A stretch of DNA of 64,000 nucleotides from Eledone cirrhosa. Taxonomy: Eukaryota. A model generated the notes under the pieces. That model saw only the letters and a list, made by a program, of their open reading frames with translations. It was not told the origin of the DNA and searched no databases. The position numbers and the translations under genes are program-made. The DNA lies in NCBI GenBank assembly GCA_964016885.1, contig OZ024742.1, positions 46,624,001-46,688,000 on the forward strand, given 5' to 3'. Of this stretch, positions 1 through 9,974 are shown one piece after another. Position 1 is the stretch's first letter. Every line of letters starts with the position of its first letter.

Positions 1-92
1 TTAAATTTTGGGATCAAGGCCCCAATATTATTGAGTGTCCTTTTCAGAAAGCAAGATATGTGAACTTATAAACACTTAACAACAAAAATTGT
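1..92 (-). mobile_element. 5'UTR fragment of a further Tx1/L1-type LINE continuing left of the window
   Basis: Carries the same AATATT-closed hairpin (4-29) as the 5'UTRs at 1152-1178 and 7868-7895, plus the ACAACAAAAATT motif seen near 7945. Confidence 0.55.
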
Positions 93-976
93 TGTTGATG
101 TCCTCAGGTTTCATTTAGAGAGAAATCTCCAAATCCATTACGGACCAGTCTTCTCTCTCTGTCCTTTTAATATCCAGGAGGGTAGTGTCTGTCCCCTCCT
201 TGATTACGCATCCCAGGAGCAACCATATATTCATTCCTAGTGGGATCCTGGGAATGCGGACCATTACTGTCCCTTTGCCCATGTAGGACGGGTGCATGAT
301 AATGCGTTCCGTTCTGCAGGGGGTCACCGAGTGCTTAATAGCAAGGGCCTCGGTTTTGAACAGTACCGAGATGGTACCGAACTGCTTGGCCCTTGCTTTA
401 TACTCTATGTCACTTCCGATGCACTTCAAAGCAGCCTCGACCTCTGCTTGGCTGGCAAGTTCCACTTTGCGTGTATGCACTGAAATGCATCGAAAGTACA
501 CCGTCCTCCTTTGCATGGCCGCTATTGCCCCGTCCGGGATGGTCAGGTTTGCCCAGGACTTCTCCCGTTTAATTAACCTCCACGCCTGGGTCAACTGTTC
601 GTCTTTATCGCTAATATCAACATTCAATAAGCGCGTTGTTTTCGCTGCTGCCGCTGCAAAGGTGGTGCCTCTGTTGCTCTTGTTGATGGTGTTGTCGTTC
701 TTGCTGTTGTTGTTGTTATTGTTTTGTTTGTTGTTGCTGTTGCCACCGCCATCCGTGTTTACATTGAGGCTGTCCGTGTTATTGTCGTTATTGTTCTGAG
801 TTGTTGTTGTGGTTGTGGTGGTGGTGGTGGTGGTGGTGGTGGTGGTGGTGATGTCGTTGGTGGTGGTGGTGATGTCGTTTTGAGATGATACTGGTACTAT
901 CACAGAAGGGAGCGGTTGTGATGGTAACTTTTGTGTTTTGCCTTCACATTCAGTGGAATGGTCGACAGGCATGACT

Positions 977-1023
<47 letters not shown>

Positions 1024-1315
1024 TGTGGTGAAATCTACAGTGGCTGTTTTTGAACTTTTGACTTGAACGTTGTTTACCGTTTCAAGGTCGAAAATTACCA
1101 TTTTTGTTGGTGGGGAAGCGATTTATTTCGAAGTTTTTAAAATTAAATCTGAATATTCAGGCTTAAAGCCCGAATATTGAGAGGTCTCCCTCCTTGGAAC
1201 CTTATGCTTCGTTAACGACAAGAAAATACAAAAAATGATACTTTAAGACAGCTTAAAGTTACGAACCTTTTCCCCCGCAGATTTGTACGTCTTCATACAT
1301 GTGCCTCCAAACATA
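93..1315 (-). mobile_element. Tx1/L1-clade LINE: 5'UTR plus 3'-truncated ORF1
   Basis: ORF 115-1101 has a poly-Thr/Asn N-terminus, then TFAAAAAK..DISDKDEQLTQAWRLIK..RRTVYFRC..QFGTISVLFK..RIPRIPLG..EDWS. This is clearly homologous to ORF1 of the element at 4304-8027. The 5' end abuts the (ATT)n tail of a SINE at 1318-1330. Confidence 0.85.
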
Positions 1316-1330
1316 TATAATAATAATAAT

Positions 1331-1835
1331 TGTTTCTACTTTTGGCACAAGGCCAGCAATTATCCAGTGCATTACTGGTACCTTATTTTATCGACCCCGT
1401 AAGGATCAAAGACAAAGTTAACATCGGCGGGATTTGAACTCAGATCATAAAGGGGCGTAACTCTGTGCTGCAAAGCACAGCATCCGACCCTCTACCGATA
1501 CTGCCAATCCAACGCCCTATATATAATAATTGTTTCTACTTTTGGCACAAGGCCAGCAATTATCCCAGTATATTAATGAAACTTTATTTTATCAACCCCG
1601 TAAGGATGAAAGGCAAAGTTAACCTCGGCGGGATATATAATAATAATATATAATAATTATTTTCTACTTTTGGCACAAGGCCAGAAATCACCCAGTGTAT
1701 TACTGGTACTTTATTTTATCGATCCCGTAGGATGAAAGGCAAAGTTAACCTCGGCGGGATTTGAACTCAGAATGGAAAAGGCCGTAACTCTTTACGTCAA
1801 AGCATGGCGTCACACCCTCTACCGATACTGCCAAT
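1331..1835 (-). mobile_element. Tandem array of three tRNA-derived SINE copies (octopus-type, Nin-like core): 1331-1517, 1531-1633 (5'-truncated), ~1661-1835
   Basis: A-box-like TGGCAGTATCGG, B-box GAGTTCAAATCC, core GCCTTTCATCCTTACGGGGTCGATAAAATAAAGTACCAG, and tail GGCCTTGTGCCAAAAGTAGAAACA+(ATT)n. Confidence 0.9.
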
Positions 1836-1874
1836 GCATATATAATAATAATAATATATATGATAATAGTAATA

Positions 1875-3451
1875 GCGAAAAGTGAGAGCAGGGTACAGGT
1901 TGGGAAAGGGAGGGCTTACCATCAATCACCTCCTCTTCATGGACGATCTTAAGCTCTTCGGGAAGAATGAGAAGGAGTTGGATGTGCTTGTTGACACTGT
2001 CCGTATTTTCAGCAATGATATATGTATGCAATTTGGTATTAGTAAGTGTGGAGTCATTGTGATGAGGATGGGTAAGTCGAACAGAAGTAACGGAATCCAG
2101 ATACCAACAGGTGAGATGATAAAGGAAATTGACTCTGAGGAAGGATACAAGTATTTGGGCGTTCTGGAGGCTGATGACATCAAGAACAAAAACATGAAGG
2201 AATTGATAAGAACTGAATACCTTCGGAGAGTAAGGAGCGTATTAAAGTCACATCTGAACAGTAGGAATGCCATAAGTGCAGTAAATTCCTGAGCTGTGTC
2301 TATTATTAGGTACAGTGCGGGAATTCTGAGATGGAATGTTGCTGAACAAAAAGAAATGGATAGGAAGACTAGGAAGCTATTGACTATCTACAATATGTTC
2401 CACAAGAGGAGTGATGTCGATAGACTCTACTTAAGGAGATCTGAAGGTGGAAGAGGTCTTATCAGCATAGAGGACTGTGTTCAGATGGAGAAAAACAACC
2501 TACACAAATACGTGACTGATATTAAGGAGCCAATGCTCAGAACTGTACTGAAGGAGGGGACAATAGGCCAGGGGATGTCCAAGAAGGAAATAACATCAAG
2601 GAGAAAGAGTAGCCTTCAGGAAAAATCCCTTCATAGTACCTTCTTTGAGAAAACTGAATTTAGAGATCCACAGACATGGAACTGGTTGAAAAGAGGAGAC
2701 TTTAAAAAGGCTACAGAAGGAATGTTAATGGCTGCGCAGGAGCAGGCCCTCAAAACGAAGTGGTTGAAACACCATATTTACAAGGAGGAGGCTAGCCCAC
2801 TGTGCAGGATCTGTGGAGAGAGAGAGGAGACTGTGGCTCACATTGTATCCGAGTGTAAACACCTAGCCCAGACTCACTATAAGGGCTGGAGACATGATGT
2901 GATGGGCAGGGTGATCCACTTTCACCTATGCAAAGTAAACAATTTACCACATTCTGAGAAGTGGTATGAGCATAAGCCAGAGGCGGTGATAGAAAACGAT
3001 CATGTGAAGGTGCTGTGGGATTTTAGGACACAGACGGACAAGAAACTGAAACATAATAGACCTGGCCTGGTGGTTTTAGACAAAGAAAAAAGATCGTGCC
3101 TGATTGTGGATGTGGCCTGCCCATTCGACACGAGAGTGCAAGAGAAGGAGAGGAAGAAAATTAACCGATACTAGGACTTAAAGTGGGAGGTAAAAAGGAT
3201 TTGGAACTGCCATGAAGTGAAAGTGATCCCGATTGTCATAGGCGCACTAGGGACTATCTCAAAAAGTTTCCAGGGATGGTTAAAGAAAATTGGCCCCTTC
3301 ACGCTTTTTGGAACGCTTCAAAAGGCATGCTTGCTGGGAACAGCAAGAACCCTCCGATACGTCCTGAATATCTGAGGCTGCAGGTAGTGGCTTGATATTC
3401 ATTTCAACAAACTTTCCAGTTAACTAACATCAATGACAGAGACTCAAAGAG
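1875..3451 (+). mobile_element. 5'-truncated RLE-type non-LTR retrotransposon (R4/Dong clade): RT C-terminus, CCHC finger and restriction-like endonuclease; inactivated
   Basis: Motifs HLLFMDDLKL (RT), YKYLGVLE, GGRGL, CRIC..ETVAHIVSEC..RHD, HNRPG(D)LVV..IVDVACP..E.KI.RY. In-frame stops at 2290-2292 and 3172-3174; natural stop at ~3373-3375. Ends in (TAA)n, the known Dong target and tail. Confidence 0.88.
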
Positions 3452-3458
3452 TAATAAC

Positions 3459-3500
<42 letters not shown>
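3452..3500. repeat. (AAT)n microsatellite shared as 3' tail by the Dong-like element (+) and a Tx1 copy (-)
   Basis: Read directly from the sequence. Confidence 0.95.
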
Positions 3501-3501
<1 letters not shown>

Positions 3502-4282
3502 TTTTCTTTATTAACCACAAGGGTTTACATAAAGTAGACATTAAGGACAGTACAGGACAATACAGGACGGTACAAATGGGCATTTCTGCGTGTAAAAAAC
3601 AGAGGATGTAATACAATAACAAAGAAAAATTCCCCAATAGGGGGGAGACTTCCGAGGGTCATTTGTGGAGAAAGCCCATTAAAAGACCACAGTGACCCTG
3701 ACCACCAGGGCAAGTGCCCTCTCACAGTTTTCCACCTCTAATTTACTGACACATACTCAGAGAAGGCCCATTCATTCGGGCCATACTTGCTTCTCTCACC
3801 CATCTTTCAACAAAATGCTGGGAAGAGAGCACTTCCCTCTCTACCCTGATTTTCCTTTTCAAATGAAATTTGAAAAAGTTAATCAGGGCATCACCGAAGG
3901 GGTAAGTGCTCATCTTCAGCCCTTTCAAACGTATCCACAATACTATCTCTTTCGCCACGGGTACCAGACAGATAAAAACTGCCTGCCCTTCCCGGCTAAA
4001 GGAAGAGGGCGGGGCAATCCTCACAATGGACTCAGCTGATAGCTGGATCCGTCCTACACGTGACAGCAGGTGTTCGACATAAACCCACAAGTCAGCAATG
4101 CTCGGACACTGGACGAGTGCGTGCAGGACGGTTTCGTCGCCCTGTGCGCATCTCGGACATGCCCGGCTGACGGCACCTCCATGCATGTAGAGTTTATCCC
4201 GAACTGGCAAAGCACCCCGGTAGCACTGCCAAGCCAGGGATTTCTGGAAGTTGTCCATAGGCCCCGGCCCGAAAGTCCTTCC
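3501..4282 (-). mobile_element. 5'-truncated Tx1-type LINE (family A): ORF2 C-terminal Cys domain plus 3'UTR
   Basis: Protein LAWQCYRGALPVRDKLY..CPRC..DETVLHALVQC. The 3'UTR ends AATAAAGAAAAC(ATT)n, and the copy is flanked by (AAT)n on both sides (3452-3500, 4283-4303). Confidence 0.88.
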
Positions 4283-4303
4283 AATAATAATAATAATAAT
4301 AAT

Positions 4304-7300
4304 GCTTTCTTTATTAACCACAAGGGTTTACACAAAGTAGACATTAAGGACAAACCCCGAGCAACTTTACCGGTCCGTCCGTCCAGCGCCTAACGATGCT
4401 GTTGGACGGCATGGACTTGCCTCTCCAGGTGCCGAGTTGCAAGCCCACCGACTTTTCCGGCTTAAGTTTTGCTCCCGTCAACCTTTTATATTCTTCCAAT
4501 TAGTTGCCGACCACCTCGATTTCTGAGGTGTCCGACACCATCACGGTCATGTCGTACGCATAAGCCGACACAGCCTTTCCACGTCCCGGTTCGAGCGGGA
4601 TGCTATGCAACAGCTTCAGCTTCCGCAGTAAAGGCTCCAGAGTCAATACGTACAAAAGGGAGGAGAGAGGGTACCCTTGATGGACCGATCGGGAGACCTG
4701 AAACGGTTCCGAGAGGGGACCATTAACTTTGACCACCGAGCAGGTGCCGCTGTGCATTGCAGCAATCCAGCTTCTGAAGACGGGGCCGAAGCCAGCAGCC
4801 TTGAGGACAGCCTCCAGGTACCGATGGTCGACCCTATCGAATGCTTTCGATTGATCTAAATTGATCAGAGCCCCCACCGAAGCCAGGTTTACACCCTACC
4901 CTCTCTATGATGTATCGCATTAGGTGGAGGTTGTCGTGTATGGACCTGGTTGGGATTGCGCGATTTTGCGCCTCTTCAACGAAATACCCGACGACAAGCG
5001 CCAACCTCTTCGCTAACACCCTGGCCAAAATCTTAAACTCTGTGTTGAGCAGAGTTATAGGCCTGAAATTGTCTAATGTGTCCCTCCTGTTCTCGTCTTT
5101 CCTTATCTGCGTCACTACGCCCGGCTCACAGAACTGAGAATACTCCCTTTTTGCTGCCAGTTGCAGTAGAGGGTTTCGAGGAGACTGGAGAACAAGTCTG
5201 GCATATTTACGTAAAGCTCGTAGGGCAGACCATCCAAGCCCGGTAACTTGCGCCTCATGCAGCCGACAAGGGCATCCTGAACCTCGGCTGAAGTAATTGG
5301 CCTTTCACAGCGCCCAGCGTCAGCCGTCGAGGGTTGCGTCAAGCCATCGACGTAGGAACTGAAGTCCGCCACCATCTCTGACTCGTCACTTCCCACGAAC
5401 AACCGAGAAAAATGTTGGCGAAAGGCCTCACACATCCGCTAACAGTAAACGGCGAGACGTACCCAGAAAGGCTTCCAGGCGTCTAAAGAAGTCCGGCGGT
5501 CCTGCCCCAGTAGGAGCATAGACGGCCACCAGTCTAAAGGCACCACCTTCGTTATTGTTCACGTCCAGGACCACCAACATTCCGTCCGGATCCCGGAAGA
5601 TCGACCTTACCTCAAGATCCAGGCCTTTCCTAAACAGCACTGCCACCCCACCTCCCATTCCCAGCCGGCTAACAGATGCAAAGATCTGATAATCGTCGAA
5701 AATGGGGGCTAGCGCGCGCGTGTCGGAAATCCTGGTCTCGCTGACGGCAATTACATCCATTTCTAGAGACCTGAGGTCGTTGAGCAGGTGACCCTGCTTC
5801 CAGGACGATCCCAGGCATCGAACATTTAAACTTCCTACTCTTAATACGGCCATGTTGGCAGGTTAAAAATAGAGAGAGAGGAAAGGTTTACTTACATTTC
5901 GCTCTCTTGTGAAGGTCGGGTGGTTCGACCTCCATAGTTAGTGGGGTTTCTTTTGCGAACCCCTTTAAAAGTCTTGAAGTAGGTTTTACGTTCGGGGTTC
6001 CCACGTCCCGAGGAAAGCTGTCTCGTATTTCTTTGTATAAACGCGAAATGTGCTCGATTTGAAAATGTCCCCCTCTTTTTTGTATATTTTCACTTCGTGC
6101 TACGAGGGCCACCAGTTCCTTGTTGGCCCTCCTGACGAGCACGAAGTTTTGTATGTTTTGTTGGTGTGATTTTATTTGTTTCTGTGGCTGTAGTGGTGAT
6201 GGTTTTGGTGGTGTTGTTTCAGTTGTATCTGTGTTTGCTGTGAGTGCGGTGTCTGTGGTTTCAGATGTTTGTGTGTGTATTTGTTCTTGCGTCTGTTTAG
6301 GTTGTTTGCGTTTGGGGAATTCTGGTGATGGTGATGGTGGTGTTGATGTTAGTGTTATTGGAGAGATGTTTGCGTGGGTGGTGTCTGCATTTTTTATTGT
6401 GGGTGATTTTGTGCTTTGTTGAGTTTTTTTTTTCTTTTTGTGTTTTCTTTTTTGTATTTTGGGGGATTTTGGTTTTCCCTCATCTTCACTACTGGTAGAT
6501 GAGGGGTCTGTGTCTGTAAGTGTGTCTGTGTGTGTGTTTATGGTTCTATTGGTGTATGTTATTTTGGGGGGGAGGGGGAATTTGAGAACTTTACTCGTTT
6601 CCCTCCTGGGTGGTCAATGTTGGTGGTGGTTTTTCTATTGGTGTTGTTGGTGGTTTTGCCGGTGCTGGTGTTGGTTGTGGTCCTCGCCCCGGCGTCGGCA
6701 GCAGTGGAGCCTTTCGACCCCTTGCATCTTTCATCAGTTGAGGGCAGAAGGCTCGCAAATGGGTTTTTTCCCCACAAACAAAACAATGCGGCATTTTGCC
6801 CTCGGTCATAATATGAATGAGCTTCCCATTCTGAAGGCGGATGTGATCCGGGATTGTCTTCACATTCTCGGGCCTGATCTGGAGAAGGATCTCCAGGTCA
6901 ACCCCGGACCAGTCCTCTCTGGCCGTTCTGGTCACTTCTGTCGGGACGGTATCCGTACCCTCCACAATCACACATCCCAGAAGCCACCACATGTCAAGTC
7001 CTGGTGGGATTCTGGGAATGCGGAGACGGGCCGTTCTTTTTCCTATGTGGGAGGAGTACATTATGACCTTGCTGGTTTTGCAAGGGGTCATAGCTTGTTT
7101 CATAGCGAGGGCTTGAACAGCACCGAAATGGTGCCGTACTGTCTGCCTCTCGCTATGTATTCGGTGTCTTCTCTGATGCACCTCAGCGCGACTTCGACAT
7201 CTGCTTGTGGGATTAAAGCTACCCTTTTGGTTTGTGCTGAGATGCACCTACAATGCACTGTTCTGCGCTCCATTGCCTCAATAGCTTCTACCGGGACAGT

Positions 7301-8027
7301 TAAGTTGGCCCAGGTTTTCTTTTGCTTGATGAGCTTCCATGCCTGGGCCAACTTTTCATCTTTGTTTGAGAGGTCCATGTTGAAGCATGGTCTCTTTTTT
7401 GCTGCCACAGCGAAAGTGTTCTTCTTGTTGTCGTTGTGGGTGTTGTTGTCGTTGTTCTTGTTGGTGCTGTTGTTATCACTGTCGCTGTTAAAATTGTTGT
7501 CTTTGGTGCCACCGTTGTTCTCGGTGAAGTTGGTATTGTTGCTGTTGGTGTTGTCACTATTTGTTTACATGCTAGTGGTGTTGATATTGTTGTTGCATTT
7601 GTCATTTTTTTTTGTTATCTGTATTTTCGTTGTCGCTGTTACTGTCATTTTTCAAAATTACAGTTCTCATTGGTATCATTGGTGTCTTTGTTTACATTGT
7701 TTGTGGTGGTGTTTGTGTTATGAATTTCTGTTAATTTCGCCATAGCGTTCCTCTCAACTTCTACGTCGTTGTCGCACGACAGCAGACATATCGCTGGGGG
7801 CGTGGCTCAGCCATGTTTTTTTTTTGTTTTTTTTTTTCGATAATTTTTTAAAATGTAAAAAAGTTCAAATATTTGGGCCAAAAGGCACAAATATTATTCT
7901 TTCCCCTTCACAGGGCAAAGTCCAAGGGCTTGTATGCCTTACACAACAACAAAAATTCAATAAATCAGTTTTGATAGGTAAATAAGTGAACTTACGGGAG
8001 CGAGCAAAAAGACGTCCGTTCAGACTC
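4304..8027 (-). mobile_element. Tx1-type LINE (family A) with both termini, frameshifted ORF1 and ORF2, and two large internal deletions
   Basis: ORF1 (~7814-5888) has the zinc knuckle CFVCGEKTHLRAFC. ORF2 starts at 5853 with an APE endonuclease (MAVLRVGSLNVRCL..AVSET..AVYAP) and RT motifs (PGLDGLPYELY, NFRPITLLN, LDQSKAFDRV, QGYPLS, AYAYD). Bounded by (AAT)7 at 4283-4303 and (AAT)11 at 8028-8060. Confidence 0.92.
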
Positions 8028-8060
<33 letters not shown>

Positions 8061-8243
8061 TGTTTCTACTTTTGGCACAAGGCCAGCAATTACCCAGTGC
8101 ATTACTGGTACTTTATTTTATGGACCCCGTAAGGATGAAAGGCAAACCTTGGCGGTATTTGAACTCAGAATGGAAAGGGCCATAACTCTATGCGTCAAAG
8201 CATGGTGTCCGATCCTCTACCGATCCTCTACCGATCCACCGCC
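8061..8243 (-). mobile_element. tRNA-derived SINE (same family); its (ATT)n tail hosts the Tx1 insertion
   Basis: Same head, core and tail motifs as the copy at 1331-1517. Confidence 0.9.
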
Positions 8244-8282
8244 TTCATTGACGCTGTCGGTGTTATTGTTAAAATAATAATA

Positions 8283-8331
<49 letters not shown>

Positions 8332-8340
8332 ATATATATA

Positions 8341-9388
8341 AAATATTATAAAAAGGAATAATAGATACAATATACCTATTTATTTCATTAGTCCCGACTG
8401 TACAGTTTCGCTGGTCACTATGCAAAAAGGTTATATCATAGATATGTAACATTGTTGTGAGGTAAGCCAGCTTATCAAGAGCACCTCAGGGAAGAGGCCT
8501 AACTACATACGTCCGTAGCATGCGAGAAAATCTCAGAAAGGCGGAGGGAAACTCTATCACGTGATACACCGGTCAAGAAAGGGGATTAATCCCTTGTAGC
8601 AGTGAAAATATCTCAGAAGGCGGAGGGAGATATTGCTATGATACATAGGCTACAGAAGGGTGGTAAGGTTGACTAGAAGTGTATATAGTGTTTGCTTGAA
8701 AGCAGTCACTATACTTCCGTGGTTACTCTACCGTGAGGGAGTTAGAGACAATAATGAGAGGTATACAAATATATGTGTATACATATATATATACATGTAT
8801 ATATAAACATATATTTTTCACAAGTATGTGAGATTGTATGTTGTCGACCTTAACCAGTGTTACTCTATGATTATGAGAGACAAAATAATCGTAATAATTA
8901 AATTGACACAATATCAGAGTTATGTAAAATATTATAAAATAAGAAGGAATAATAGATACAATATACCTATTTTTTCTATAGTCCCGACTGTACAGTTTCG
9001 CTGGTCACTATGCAAAAATGTTATATCATAGATATGTAACATTGTTGTGAGGTAAGCCAGCTTATCAACAGAGCACCTCAAGCTGGCTTACCTCACAACA
9101 ATGTTACATATCTATGATATAACATTTTTGCATAGTGACCAGCGAAACTGTACAGTCGGGACTAAAGAAAAAATAGGTATATTGTATCTGTTATTCCTTT
9201 TTATAATATTTTACATAACTCTGATATTGTGTCAATTTAATTATTTCGATTATCTTGTCTCTGATAATCATAGAGTAACACTGGTTAAGGTCGACAACAT
9301 ACAATCTCACATACTTGTGAAAAATATATGTTTATATATACATGTATATGTATGTATACACATATATTTGTATACCTCTCATTATTGT
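8341..9388 (-). mobile_element. Non-coding Penelope-like/retrozyme-like unit: ~150-bp direct repeats (8341-8488, 8927-9079) plus a 5' inverted copy (9080-9388)
   Basis: Direct and inverted copies are visible. The repeat carries a hammerhead-like motif (..GCTGG..CCAGC GAAAC TGTACA GTC GGG) with a degenerate 5' core, and the unit is flanked by (TA)n. Confidence 0.65.
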
Positions 9389-9406
9389 ATATATATATAT
9401 ATATAT

Positions 9407-9920
9407 TGTTATGCTTTGGGAGGGTTATGTTGCCAATAAAAACACACGCACCAGTTGCTTTGACTTCAATTTATTATAAATTAAATTTATAAATTTAGGA
9501 ATTTATAAATTTCCGGTTGGTTGGTTGGTTCCACAACCAGACGATTGTTCATATATTGTCAAAGTTCTTTCGTCACACATTCTGTGACCTCTTCAGTGAC
9601 TAGGGATTCTTTTCTTTGTTTTTGTGCCTCTCCTTTGTTCTGTCCTACGCCATCTCGTTTTTGTAGGACAAGATGGCGTAGGACAGAACAAAGAAGAGGC
9701 ACAAAAACAAAGAAAAGAATCCCCAGTCACTGAAGAGGTCACAGAATGTGTAACGAAAGAACTTTGACAATATATGAACAATCGTCTGGTGGTGGAACCA
9801 ACCAACCAACCGGAAATTTATAAATTCCTAAATTTATAAATTTAATTTATAATAAATTGGAGTGAAAGCGACTGGTGCGTGTGTTTCTTATTGGCAACAT
9901 GACCCTCCCAAAGCATAACA
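9407..9920. repeat. ~510-bp near-perfect palindrome with a hammerhead-like motif in each arm (PLE-derived)
   Basis: Arms 9407-~9656 and ~9670-9920 are reverse complements. Motif GTCA CTGAAGA G GTCACA..TGT(G/A)AC GAAAG AA CTT TGAC at 9726-9768 (+) and 9558-9600 (-). Confidence 0.8.
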
Positions 9921-9974
9921 ATATCGGTTTTAACTCACGTTTTCAGATAAAGAATCTTGCTAAACAAATTCAGA

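Noticed and set aside
6120-7745. Plus-strand hydrophobic ORFs (100 and 435 aa), and similar antisense ORFs at 296-799 and 12149-12679
   Set aside because: They are antisense shadows of the A/C-rich LINE ORF1.
9407-9920. Solo LTR (TG...CA ends) or MITE
   Set aside because: TG..CA follows automatically from the palindrome. There is no PBS or PPT, and no target-site duplication can be distinguished from the (TA)n flanks.
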